Virus record (IMG/VR): IMGVR_UViG_2660238585_000005
DNA: 64,000 nucleotides
Direction: 5' to 3' (one strand)
Origin: an uncultured virus (IMG/VR IMGVR_UViG_2660238585_000005)
Taxonomy: Duplodnaviria; Heunggongvirae; Uroviricota; Caudoviricetes
Shown: positions 10,103 to 20,089 of the stretch, piece by piece
How positions within the stretch are numbered: the stretch's first letter is position 1
Layout: each line of letters opens with the position of its first letter
Position numbers and translations under genes: made by a program
Notes under the pieces: model-generated
The model's database searches: none
Told to the model about the DNA's origin: nothing
Seen by the model: only the letters and a program-made list of their open reading frames with translations

Positions 10103-10807
10103 CTATATAAATCTTGGATTGTATTTAATTTTTATATTGCAAGTGTTCTTACTTAATGTGATCAAATTATCTCCCGGAACTAAAAAAGGAAACTCCCACA
10201 TATCAGTATCATCAAATTTATTGATACCATCTTGTGTAACAGTTCCCTCTATTCCATTTATAACTATAGTTTTATTGCCCTTTAAGTTCTTTACAATAAA
10301 AGGATCTTCGCTTAATCCAGTTATTTTTAAATCAACCATATCTATAGTAGGAGTTATTTCTAAAATTACAGGTACTTTTGTATTACCTTGACCGTTTATA
10401 TTTTTACTTGAAACTCCATTTGTAATAGTTTCAGTTACTTCATTTTCTATATTATAACCTATAAAACTTAATTGTAATCTTCCTCTAATTTGCCTCAAAC
10501 TGGGTTGATCTGAGTTTCCATTTAAAATACATTTAAATCTTAAGTTTCTATCTTTAAAATAAACTTCAAATGGTTTTACCATATTACTTAATAAGTTACT
10601 TTTGTCTAAATAATACTGTCTTTTATCTAAAGAGTTTACTAAAAGAGTAACAGTAATTAAATTTAACTCTACTTTAGAATCAAAGAAAAGAGGTAACAAT
10701 GTGTTTTTTCCTTCAAAGTCTTTTAAATTATTAATGCTAGAGTTTTGAATATTAACTTCTAAAACTCTAGCATTAAACTTTTCTATATTTATATTGTTTA
10801 TAAGCAT
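10103..10807 (-). CDS. Distal tail protein (Dit)
   Basis: Follows tape measure; C-terminal WEFPFLVPGDN. Confidence 0.85.
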   Translation of the reverse strand: MLINNINIEKFNARVLEVNIQNSSINNLKDFEGKNTLLPLFFDSKVELNLITVTLLVNSLDKRQYYLDKSNLLSNMVKPFEVYFKDRNLRFKCILNGNSDQPSLRQIRGRLQLSFIGYNIENEVTETITNGVSSKNINGQGNTKVPVILEITPTIDMVDLKITGLSEDPFIVKNLKGNKTIVINGIEGTVTQDGINKFDDTDMWEFPFLVPGDNLITLSKNTCNIKIKYNPRFI

Positions 10808-10810
10808 TTG

Positions 10811-13800
10811 TTACCTCCTTCTTCTCATTGTATTTAAAGCAAGTCTATTTGAAACTCTTGGAACTACAACTCTATCTATTTCTTCTCCTTCAATACTAAT
10901 AGGTATTATAATATCTCCACTAGAATCACCTTTATTTTTCATCATAGAGTTTATAACCCCTTGAGCAGTTTGTCTTGCAGTTTCTAAAACCATTTGCTCA
11001 CTTGATTCATGATTATATACCTTCGTTCCACTTGGTAAATCATATAACTCATATCCTCTTTCATGAAGATATGTTAAACCACCTTCAAAGTGTGATGTAC
11101 CTGTCCAGTGTTCTCCAGGCTTTTTACCATGACTTTGGAAGAATGTATTTACAAAGAAGTTTTTAACTAGACTTCCCCATCCACTATTCCATGCATCTTT
11201 TAATTTATCCCATTTACTTTTAACTTTACCAGTTGTAGTATCTACATCTTTTGTAATATCTGAGTTCATAGAAGTTATTTCCTTAACTGCTTTATCTCTT
11301 GTTTCTTTAGCTGCACTTATAGTATCATCTCTTTGTTTCTTTGCATCTTCTATACATCTTTCAGCTTGTTCTTTAGTTAATGAATGGCTTTCATCTCGTT
11401 GTCTTATTAACTCAGCTATTCTGTCATCACATTCTTTATTAGCTGCCTCAATAGCTTTATCTCTAGAGTTATTTAATTCCTTTATATGCTTAGAAGCCAT
11501 ATCGGCAGTTATATTTTTATCATTATCTTTCATTCTTTCAAGAATTACCTTAGCTTCAACTTCATTATCAGATAAAGTTTTTATAGCAGTAGTTTTCATA
11601 TCTTCTTTAATTTGCTTAATATCTTGTAACTCTTGATTACTAACTTGTCTATGCTCTTCAGCTGCTTTAGCATAAATAGCATTAATTTTATTTTGAGCTT
11701 CATCAACTTGTTGCTTTTCTTTAGTCCAATAACTTTTTGTTTTTTCTAGTGCAACTTTCTTTTCTTCATCTGTAAGGGCATTAGTTTTAGCAAAGAAATC
11801 TTTTTGACTTTTTAAATCTGCATCTCTTTTTTTGTCCATACCATCTTTAATTTTATTAGCCATATCCGTATAAACTTTTTGCATTTCTTGAGATTGTTGT
11901 TTTGATAACCCTACACTTTTAGTTAATGTATCTTTAAAATCTTGTATAGTTTGATCCTTTTGTCTTTGAGTTAATCCTTTAGTCCCATTAACCATTGCAG
12001 TATATTGTTTTATTATCTCATTTTTATTTTTACTAGTTAAAACTCCAGTATCAGAAACTAATTTTTTAAAGTCTACAGTCATTCTTTCTCTTTGATCCTT
12101 AGATAAACTACTCGATTTTTTACTCATTTCTGTAAAGTTTTTAACTACAGTATCTTTTGCTTCTTTTGAGAATTTATTTGAGTTCATTCTTAAATTCATC
12201 ATTGACTCACTAGCTTTTTTATCTAAATCTAAGTAAGCTTGTACATTATCTTTTGTTGCTTTAGATATTTTAATTACATCTTTTTCTGTAGCTTGTGCAT
12301 AGTTTCCAAACTTATCTCTTGAAACTTCAACTTTATCTGCAAATAAATCTACCGCAGGTGTTGCACTTGAATTTAAGTGTTCTGCAACTTTATATCCTGC
12401 ATATCCAACGGCAGCTACTGCAGCTACACCTAATGCAATTGGTCCTAGTGAGGCTATAACTGTTGCACCAAATCCAGCCCCAGCAACTTCTGCTCCTGCT
12501 AATCCAGCTCCCGCAGCTTCTGCAGCTGGACCAAGTCCTAATAGTATTTTAGAAAAGTCTTTAAATGTAGCAGCGGCTTTTAATGCTTTAAACTTTCCAA
12601 CAGTTCCAATTAATCCACCTATACCACTAGATACATGACCTAAACCACTTGTTAAAGGCCCTATAGCAATAGCAGCTAATCCTGCCTTAACTATAAATTC
12701 TTGAGTATGTGGACTTAAATTGCTAAAGCTAGTTGCTAATTTAGTGATATCTTTAGCAACACTTGTTATAGCTGGAGCTAATGCTTGGAAAGTTTTTATT
12801 GCTGCACCTTCTAGAGCACTTTTCATTTCTGCTAAACTACCCTTTGCATTTTCACTCATAGTTTTAGCCATTTTAGCAGTAGCACCTTCACTGTTGTCTA
12901 TAGCATTTGCTAATTTATCAAAATCTCCTTCACTAGCATTTATAATTGAAAGCCATCCAGACATTGCTTCTTTACCAAAGATAGTTGCAACTGCACTAGC
13001 TTGAGTAGCTTCATCTAAACCACCCATTTTTTCTCTAAGGTCAGACATTACTGCTCTAAAGCTTTTCATCTTACCGTCACTATTTTCTACAGATATTCCA
13101 TACTTCTCCATCATATCAGCCATACTATCCGTAGGCTTTACTAAGTTAGTTAATCCTGCTCTTAAAGCAGTACCAGCTTGGCTTGCTTTAATACCACTAT
13201 TAGCCATTAATCCTATAGCTAAAGAAGTATCTTGAACACTATATCCTAAAGCACCGGCTACAGGAGCTGCATATTTAAAAGTTTCTCCCATCATACCAAC
13301 ATTAGTATTGGCATTAGATGAAGCAGCAGCTAAAACGTCACTAAACATACCAGCATCTTTAGCTTTTAATCCAAATCCTGTTAATGCATCTGTAACAATA
13401 TCAGAAGTTGACCCTAATTCTTCTCCAGAAGCAATTGCTAAATTTAGTATAGGTTCTATACCTTCGAGCATATCACCAGTTTTCCAACCAGCCATTGCCA
13501 TATACTCCATACCTTCTCCTGCTTCTGCAGCACTAAATTTAGTTTTAGCTCCCATTTCTTGAGCCTTATTTTCTAATTGTTTAAGGTCATCACCAGTAGC
13601 ACCAGAAATAGCTGCTACTTTATCCATTTGAGCCTCATATTCCATACCTACATGAGCGGCGGCTACCCCTATTCCTGTTAAAGGTAACGAAACATGAGTA
13701 GTAAGTTTTCCACCTATCTCTTGAGCTTTACTACCTACTTTTTTAAAGTTATTTCCTAAATCTTCAAGCTTTTTAGATGCATTACCTACACCATGAGTAT

Positions 13801-14335
13801 TTTCTACTTCTCTATTGAATTTATTTACCGCAGATTGAGCTTTATTTACTTCTTCCTCTGCTTTATTCATTTGAGTTTCATAGTTTTGTAAGGTTTTAGC
13901 ATTATTTTCTACTGTTCTATCTAGCTTATCATGTTCTTTTTGTAATTCTTCTAAAGCTTTTTCAGTTTCTTTAGCTTCTTTACTTTCTTTACCATAGTTT
14001 TTTATAGCATTTTCATGTGCTTTTTCAGCTTTAGAAAGAGAACTTGCTAATTTATCTCTTTCACTTATATTTTTTTGTAGTGTTTCAGTAGCATCGTGAA
14101 CACTTTTTTTATAAGTTTCTAATTTCTTATTTTGTAAATCTAATTGTTTTTGTAATGAGCTTTGAACCCTATTTACACCTTCTGTAGATTTACCAAATGC
14201 CTCTAAACCACTTTGAGCTGCTTTTAATTCATTTTTATTATTTTTAATTTCTGAATTTATACCTTTTAATGTACTGGAATATCCAGAATCATCAAGAATC
14301 ATTTTTGCGGTTATTCGTTTTTCTATATCACCCAT
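10811..14335 (-). CDS. Tail tape measure protein (TP901 family core)
   Basis: TKFSAAEAGEGMEYMAMAGW core; long helical protein. Confidence 0.95.
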   Translation of the reverse strand: MGDIEKRITAKMILDDSGYSSTLKGINSEIKNNKNELKAAQSGLEAFGKSTEGVNRVQSSLQKQLDLQNKKLETYKKSVHDATETLQKNISERDKLASSLSKAEKAHENAIKNYGKESKEAKETEKALEELQKEHDKLDRTVENNAKTLQNYETQMNKAEEEVNKAQSAVNKFNREVENTHGVGNASKKLEDLGNNFKKVGSKAQEIGGKLTTHVSLPLTGIGVAAAHVGMEYEAQMDKVAAISGATGDDLKQLENKAQEMGAKTKFSAAEAGEGMEYMAMAGWKTGDMLEGIEPILNLAIASGEELGSTSDIVTDALTGFGLKAKDAGMFSDVLAAASSNANTNVGMMGETFKYAAPVAGALGYSVQDTSLAIGLMANSGIKASQAGTALRAGLTNLVKPTDSMADMMEKYGISVENSDGKMKSFRAVMSDLREKMGGLDEATQASAVATIFGKEAMSGWLSIINASEGDFDKLANAIDNSEGATAKMAKTMSENAKGSLAEMKSALEGAAIKTFQALAPAITSVAKDITKLATSFSNLSPHTQEFIVKAGLAAIAIGPLTSGLGHVSSGIGGLIGTVGKFKALKAAATFKDFSKILLGLGPAAEAAGAGLAGAEVAGAGFGATVIASLGPIALGVAAVAAVGYAGYKVAEHLNSSATPAVDLFADKVEVSRDKFGNYAQATEKDVIKISKATKDNVQAYLDLDKKASESMMNLRMNSNKFSKEAKDTVVKNFTEMSKKSSSLSKDQRERMTVDFKKLVSDTGVLTSKNKNEIIKQYTAMVNGTKGLTQRQKDQTIQDFKDTLTKSVGLSKQQSQEMQKVYTDMANKIKDGMDKKRDADLKSQKDFFAKTNALTDEEKKVALEKTKSYWTKEKQQVDEAQNKINAIYAKAAEEHRQVSNQELQDIKQIKEDMKTTAIKTLSDNEVEAKVILERMKDNDKNITADMASKHIKELNNSRDKAIEAANKECDDRIAELIRQRDESHSLTKEQAERCIEDAKKQRDDTISAAKETRDKAVKEITSMNSDITKDVDTTTGKVKSKWDKLKDAWNSGWGSLVKNFFVNTFFQSHGKKPGEHWTGTSHFEGGLTYLHERGYELYDLPSGTKVYNHESSEQMVLETARQTAQGVINSMMKNKGDSSGDIIIPISIEGEEIDRVVVPRVSNRLALNTMRRRR

Positions 14336-14353
14336 TTACCCTCCTTTCTCTTT

Positions 14354-14572
14354 CTATAAGAAAGGTATTTCATCTATGCTAACAACTTTTTCAACATATC
14401 CATCATCTGAAACTTGTTGAGATTGCTCTTCATATGTTTTATTGAGTTCTCCGATTAACATAACAATTTCTTTGAATGTACTATCGAAGAACTCTTGTCT
14501 TGTGAAATTTAGTTGTGTTTTTGCAATAAAAAAAAGCCTATTTATATCGAATGGCTTTTCATTTAAATCTAT
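14354..14572 (-). CDS. Tail assembly chaperone -1 frameshift extension (gpGT-like)
   Basis: A9 run just before the TAG of 14569-14928; -1 frame open (IDLNEKPFDINRLFFIAKTQL...IPFL) up to the tape measure RBS. Confidence 0.8.
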   Translation of the reverse strand: MDLNEKPFDINRLFFIAKTQLNFTRQEFFDSTFKEIVMLIGELNKTYEEQSQQVSDDGYVEKVVSIDEIPFL

Positions 14573-14928
14573 TTTTTTTTATTATTTTCTGATTTATTTT
14601 CATCAGTGGTATCAGATGTTTTAACTCCTCTATAATCAAAATATAAATCTGTTGCAAAAGCTACTATTTCATTTACAACTTGATCTGGAGTTAATTTTTC
14701 TTTTAATTCATCTATAGTTAATGGGGTTTCATTTTGTTCTTTATCAAGTCTTTTTGATATACAAGAACATACCATAACTTTTAAAGCATTGTTATATAAG
14801 TTTTTACCATACATAACCCCGTTTATGACATCTCCAAAGTTATCAAATCTTTCATCTATATCAAATATAGTCTTATTTGTCATTTCAAAAGCTAAGTTTT
14901 CATTACCTACTTTAAATTTTCTTTTCAT
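14569..14928 (-). CDS. Tail assembly chaperone (gpG-like)
   Basis: Between major tail and tape measure; ends in slippery KKK codons. Confidence 0.85.
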   Translation of the reverse strand: MKRKFKVGNENLAFEMTNKTIFDIDERFDNFGDVINGVMYGKNLYNNALKVMVCSCISKRLDKEQNETPLTIDELKEKLTPDQVVNEIVAFATDLYFDYRGVKTSDTTDENKSENNKKK

Positions 14929-14953
14929 TTAACTTCACTCCCTATTATTTATA

Positions 14954-15562
14954 TTAATGTTCAGAACTAACTTCATCTGTTTTTTCTTCAGGTATAGTAA
15001 CTTTTTCAAAGAATTTACTTAAAAACTCTTTAGTTACATTAGGAGAATCACTACATACATTGTATTGCCATAATCCATTTATTAAAGGTCTAAAGCTTGC
15101 TTCTATTTTCTTGGCTTGGAAGTTTGCTTTACCTTCTTTAGCTTTTAAATCTTCATCTGATAATCCAAATGTTCCAGCATATAATATCCCATATTTATCT
15201 ATTCCTTGAGCCTTCTCTGCTTTATATAAAATAGCAAGTGTTGGAGCTATATCATTATCGTTTTTTATTACTCCGCCTGTTTTAGCTAACTTGTGCCCCA
15301 TAACGTAACAATCATCTTCATCTTGTAAATCTGTTACATTTAAAGTTACCTTTACATCTTGTAAAGTTTGTTCCTCTAAAACTTTTCTTCCTTCATGATA
15401 GTATGGATCACTATTTTGTTTTGGTTTTATTCCTATTTGTTTAACCCCTTCTAAGTATCTAGGAGTATCAAAAGTTATGTTCCCATCAGTTTCAGTTTTT
15501 AAATGAGCTACATATAACTTACTTACATTTACAACTGGTAATATTTTTTGTGGTGCTGACAT
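14954..15562 (-). CDS. Major tail protein (phi13-like)
   Basis: Size, position and NVSKLYVA motif. Confidence 0.85.
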   Translation of the reverse strand: MSAPQKILPVVNVSKLYVAHLKTETDGNITFDTPRYLEGVKQIGIKPKQNSDPYYHEGRKVLEEQTLQDVKVTLNVTDLQDEDDCYVMGHKLAKTGGVIKNDNDIAPTLAILYKAEKAQGIDKYGILYAGTFGLSDEDLKAKEGKANFQAKKIEASFRPLINGLWQYNVCSDSPNVTKEFLSKFFEKVTIPEEKTDEVSSEH

Positions 15563-15605
15563 TCTGCATCATTCCTTTCTTTTATAAATAAAAAACTAGC
15601 TTAGA

Positions 15606-15989
15606 TTAGCTAGTTGGTAAATCAATATTAAACCTCAAAGGTTTATGTTTTAATCCTGTTTTTTCTTCAAATAAATCTGGACTCCCTGCATTATATTCAA
15701 ATCCAGCTTTAATAAATTTATTAACTATAATTGTTTCTAGGTTTGTATAGTCTCCTAAACTAAAAATATCAATTTGGACTAAGTGATTTAAATAATCTAT
15801 ATTACCCTCACTATATTCACTTCCTCTAGATCTAATAACTTGATACTCTATATATGGAGGTTTAGGATTATTAGCATGAATAAAATATACTTTTTTATCA
15901 CTTGTTAAATCTAATATATCTTTATCATTTAAAACTTCTTTTAATTTCTTTTTTATAATCGAGGTATCTATTTTTATATTACGCTCCAA
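15606..15989 (-). CDS. Tail completion/terminator protein
   Basis: PYIEY...VQIDIFS...HKPLRF. Confidence 0.75.
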   Translation of the reverse strand: MERNIKIDTSIIKKKLKEVLNDKDILDLTSDKKVYFIHANNPKPPYIEYQVIRSRGSEYSEGNIDYLNHLVQIDIFSLGDYTNLETIIVNKFIKAGFEYNAGSPDLFEEKTGLKHKPLRFNIDLPTS

Positions 15990-15993
15990 AATA

Positions 15994-16368
15994 TCACCCC
16001 ATCTTTCTAAATATCGTTTGAGCTACTTTTGAAATAGCTTCCTCAGTATTTTCTTCAACACTTCTTTCAAAGTATCCTACATGAGTCTTTTGTTCACTTG
16101 TACCATACTCTTGAAATATGTCATAGAAGGCTTTACTTTTTGCAGTTCCTTCTGTTGCTAAAGCATTTTCGTTAACAGATACTTTAATCTCAGCAAGCTC
16201 TCCTGTTGGTCCTTTTGGAGTATCATTTTCTAATCCTTTTCCAATTACTTTTATACCTGACCTTATAGCTTGCCTTTTTATAACTGTATCTAAAGCCATA
16301 TTTTTTACATATTCCTCAAACTCTTCATATCCTTCAAGTTCTATAGTACTTGACATATACACCTCCAA
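15994..16368 (-). CDS. HK97 gp10-family tail component
   Basis: TPKGPTGEL, FQEYGTS. Confidence 0.8.
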   Translation of the reverse strand: MEVYMSSTIELEGYEEFEEYVKNMALDTVIKRQAIRSGIKVIGKGLENDTPKGPTGELAEIKVSVNENALATEGTAKSKAFYDIFQEYGTSEQKTHVGYFERSVEENTEEAISKVAQTIFRKMG

Positions 16369-16408
16369 ATAAAAAAAGAAAGCTATATAGCTTCCTTTTT
16401 ATCTTTTA

Positions 16409-17218
16409 TTATTTTATTAAATTACCACTTATTCTAGGCATTCCAGAATCATTTCTATCCATTACCTTCCCATACACCGTTATCGTTTTACCTTCTTCAA
16501 TATATTTTAACATTCCCTTATCTACTAATGAAATTTCATATACTTCATATCCATCGTCTTCTGGTACTTTTAAAGTAAATGTAGGGAAAACTGCATCTGG
16601 AATTATATTTGAAACTTCTCCAGTAGCAAAAACAGATTTACCATACATTTGATTATCATTGATTTTAATAAAATCAGCTTTAACTGCTTCTTTCGCAATT
16701 TTTTTATTTAATTCATCTTGAGAAATTGAATCTTCTTTAATTGGAATTTCAAATTCTACTTTTTGCCCATATTGATCACTCTCAAATAGTATTTTAACTT
16801 CATCACTTTTATTTTTTAATCCATAATAAGCATTTACTGTGCAATTTGCCCCCTTAGTTAGATCTTTTGGTTTTCCTTTTGAGAACATAGAGCTTGCATC
16901 AGCTACTGAATTTTTTGAATCTAATACAGTTAAGTCTTGTGAATGTATATACAAATTTTTATCTTTTTTATTTAAATTATCATATGTATATGTAACTTCA
17001 ATAATTTCTTGTGGATTATTAAAATCTTCTTTGTATTTAAAATCATTAACTTTTTTTACTGAATTAATAGTTAATGAATACATATCCGTACCATTTTTAT
17101 TCTTAACTATTGCCTTTTCTCCTTGCTTATATACTTTAAGTTCTTCTTTCTTATTTGAGCATCCTACTAAAGTTATAATTGATATAATTATTAACGCTGA
17201 AATAAATATTTTTTTCAT
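16409..17218 (-). CDS. Lipoprotein moron (Ig-like DUF4352/DUF5067-type domain plus second domain)
   Basis: Lipobox LVGC; own TATAAT and GGAGG; terminator-like hairpin at ~16371-16399. Confidence 0.75.
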   Translation of the reverse strand: MKKIFISALIIISIITLVGCSNKKEELKVYKQGEKAIVKNKNGTDMYSLTINSVKKVNDFKYKEDFNNPQEIIEVTYTYDNLNKKDKNLYIHSQDLTVLDSKNSVADASSMFSKGKPKDLTKGANCTVNAYYGLKNKSDEVKILFESDQYGQKVEFEIPIKEDSISQDELNKKIAKEAVKADFIKINDNQMYGKSVFATGEVSNIIPDAVFPTFTLKVPEDDGYEVYEISLVDKGMLKYIEEGKTITVYGKVMDRNDSGMPRISGNLIK

Positions 17219-17269
17219 GTCATAACACCTCCAAGCTATATTATAACCTAAAAGGTAATAATTGGAAAT

Positions 17270-17617
17270 TTAACAATTTATTTTAGCTTTAATATCTACA
17301 AATTCATGTCTATTTTCAAAGTCTAAAACATCTAAAATATCATAATAAAAACCTTTATATTCTATTCTAAATATTTTACTTGCTCCTGGCTCTAGTAACT
17401 CTTTTATCTTATTACAGTATCTAACCGTAAATGTAACTATATTTTCACTATTATTTGCTTTAGCGGCTATATATTCTTTTCCAGATACTCTTTTATAGCC
17501 ACTCCAACATTTATAATATTCTTTCCAAACTTCTTCATCAAATCCATTTTCATTAGTTTCATTTGAATCTGATAATTTTTCTATTTTTATTCTTTCTGTT
17601 AATCTACATTCAGCCAT
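17270..17617 (-). CDS. Head closure / head-tail adaptor protein
   Basis: RIKIEK...W...CW...FTVRY pattern. Confidence 0.85.
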   Translation of the reverse strand: MAECRLTERIKIEKLSDSNETNENGFDEEVWKEYYKCWSGYKRVSGKEYIAAKANNSENIVTFTVRYCNKIKELLEPGASKIFRIEYKGFYYDILDVLDFENRHEFVDIKAKINC

Positions 17618-17893
17618 TTAATCACCATACTTTAACTGAGTTATAATAGTTTGTAGTGAAAATCTCACTCTTTTTTTCCTTTTTTCTTCTTCCATTAGTC
17701 CTTTATCTTTGTACCATTCATTGACTAATATTTTACAATATCTTTTAGCTCTTTTATTTTCGCTAGTAAATTCTTTTCCAGTAGCATCTTTTAGATATTC
17801 CTCAGCTGCATCTATACAGTCTTGAATTTCTTCATCATCATCGTCAAAATCTACTTTTAAGAACTTTTTAGCCTCTTCTAAATTTAGAATCAT
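17618..17893 (-). CDS. Head-tail connector (gp6-like)
   Basis: LEEAKKFLKVDFDDDDEEI. Confidence 0.9.
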   Translation of the reverse strand: MILNLEEAKKFLKVDFDDDDEEIQDCIDAAEEYLKDATGKEFTSENKRAKRYCKILVNEWYKDKGLMEEEKRKKRVRFSLQTIITQLKYGD

Positions 17894-18036
17894 TTAATCC
17901 CTCATTTCTTAAAAAATAGCTAAAAAAACGACCTTTTTAAATCGATTCTAAGGTGTTTCAAAAACTTTAATAGACTAATAATACCTTGTAATTTCAACGT
18001 ATTATAGTCTAAAATATTTTTTACTTTAATTTTTTA

Positions 18037-19191
18037 TTAATGCTCTGAACTTACTACAGTTGTATCTATATATCCATTAACAATTGCAGCTTTATCTTTT
18101 ATTGTTACATCTTCTCTTTCTATAGCTCTAAATAAAGTTAAATCTTCTTCAAATGCATTTAATTCTCCTATAGCTGCTGTATCAGACATTTTTATATTCA
18201 TTAAAGCTCTATCCCAGAAAACTATACCTTCTTTTAAATCTCCTATTATAAAAGGTATTTTATTTCCTGTAGTAGATAAATCACTATTTGGACAAACTTC
18301 AACTGGTATAGTTAATGATCCAGCACATAATTTAAGTGCCATAGGTTCTTTTGGATCTGGTTGTAAAATATATTTTCCATCTGAATCTTTTAGTGTATCT
18401 AAATATTGTAATCCATCATCATTTGTAATTATTTTACTAGTTGGCTTAAAAGTAGCCCCTAAAGTAACATTTAAAGCCTTCTTAATATCATCTAATCCAT
18501 TTAATTTTGTCTCATCTATTGTTTTTATTTGTTCTAATATTAATTTATTTTGAGTTACTCTTGATTCATCACCTATCCATTCTATTAAAGTATTAACTAT
18601 ATTTTGGTCTGAATCTGCAAGTAATTCATTCGTTACAGTAAAATATCCTGCATATTTTTCAATTTCATATTTTAATCTCTCAAATTGAGGTGTATTTTTT
18701 TCACCTATTTTACCTCCTTCACCTACTTTAACAAATCCAGTTTGTTGAGATCTCTTTTTGAAAGTTCTTTGTCCTTTATCAGTAGTAACTTTTTCAACTG
18801 TTACTAAATCCTTTAAAGACTTTTTAGATTCTTTATATGTATTTATTTTAGTTAATATATCTTCTGGAACAGTATATCCACCCTCTGCTGGAGTTCCAAC
18901 TGACATTTTATTATCTATTTTAAATCCATTTCTTGCAGCATTAGCAAATTCAACAATTGAATCTTTGTTTTCTGGAGTAACTTTTATCCCTTCTCCATCT
19001 TTAATTTTATTTTTTGCTTCTTCATTTTCTCCAGCTTCTAAATCATAAAGAAGGTCAAATTTATCACTTAAATTTTTCAATTCTTCTTTAGCCGCTTTCG
19101 CTTCCTCTAGTTTATTTTCATTAGCTAAATTCTTTACTAATTCTTTTTGAGCTTTTATCTTATTCATTAATTCTAATAATTCTTTTGACAT
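18037..19191 (-). CDS. Major capsid protein, HK97 family
   Basis: Delta-domain coiled coil, GGYTVPE, LKDSDGKYILQ. Confidence 0.95.
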   Translation of the reverse strand: MSKELLELMNKIKAQKELVKNLANENKLEEAKAAKEELKNLSDKFDLLYDLEAGENEEAKNKIKDGEGIKVTPENKDSIVEFANAARNGFKIDNKMSVGTPAEGGYTVPEDILTKINTYKESKKSLKDLVTVEKVTTDKGQRTFKKRSQQTGFVKVGEGGKIGEKNTPQFERLKYEIEKYAGYFTVTNELLADSDQNIVNTLIEWIGDESRVTQNKLILEQIKTIDETKLNGLDDIKKALNVTLGATFKPTSKIITNDDGLQYLDTLKDSDGKYILQPDPKEPMALKLCAGSLTIPVEVCPNSDLSTTGNKIPFIIGDLKEGIVFWDRALMNIKMSDTAAIGELNAFEEDLTLFRAIEREDVTIKDKAAIVNGYIDTTVVSSEH

Positions 19192-19243
19192 TTTTATTCC
19201 TCACTTTTTTATATATTTTTGGATTTTGGCAATAAAAAAAGAT

Positions 19244-20089
19244 TTAGTATAAATCTAAATCATTTAATAAATCTTCCTTTTCTTTTTCAATTGTATTTTC
19301 TACTTTTTTATCATCTTCTTTTTGATTCTGTAGATGTAAAAGTACTTTATTTGCAATTTCTTCTATATCTAGGCTTTGATTTTCATCACTTTTTTTATTT
19401 TCTTTAAATAAGTTTTTAGGAGTATTTTTATATTTATCTAAAAACTCTGATGAACAAGCTACTAATTCAAATTCATCCTCAACTTTTATATTAAATAGTT
19501 CCGCTGCACTTTCTCCAGTAAACCACTTTTCTTCATCCATTAAGGCCGACAATTTTTCTTTAGTAACTCCTTCTTTTGCATTTTCCATATAAATATTTAG
19601 TATGCTTTCTTTGCAACTATCCAATGTACTAGCAATTTTCCTTAGGTCTGATGCATTATATGAGTTCCATAGCATACATAAAGGATTATGAATCATAAAG
19701 CTAGCATATTTAGGGACTATAACTTCATCTCCTGCAAGTGCTATTACACTAGCTATACTTGCTGCTAATCCATCAACATGAACAGTCTTTTTACCTTTAT
19801 GTCTCTTTAGCATACTATAAATTGCTATTCCCCCAAATACAGATCCACCGCCAGAATTGATATATATATCTACATTTTGTGAATTCTCTAATTCTTTTAG
19901 GAAGTCACTTACATCTTGAGGGCATTTATCTTCGTCTGCCCACCAGCTACTCCAACTGTCTGAAACTATATCTCCATAGAAATAAAGCTCTGCTTTTTCT
20001 TCTGTTTGATTTTTTATTTCTATCTTACCAACATTTTTTAATTCTCCAGTTTTAGTATCTTTATTTTGTAAATTTAATATTTTATTCAC
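19244..20089 (-). CDS. ClpP-like prohead protease
   Basis: INSGGGSVFGG, DGLAASIASVI, MIHNP. Confidence 0.95.
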   Translation of the reverse strand: MNKILNLQNKDTKTGELKNVGKIEIKNQTEEKAELYFYGDIVSDSWSSWWADEDKCPQDVSDFLKELENSQNVDIYINSGGGSVFGGIAIYSMLKRHKGKKTVHVDGLAASIASVIALAGDEVIVPKYASFMIHNPLCMLWNSYNASDLRKIASTLDSCKESILNIYMENAKEGVTKEKLSALMDEEKWFTGESAAELFNIKVEDEFELVACSSEFLDKYKNTPKNLFKENKKSDENQSLDIEEIANKVLLHLQNQKEDDKKVENTIEKEKEDLLNDLDLY

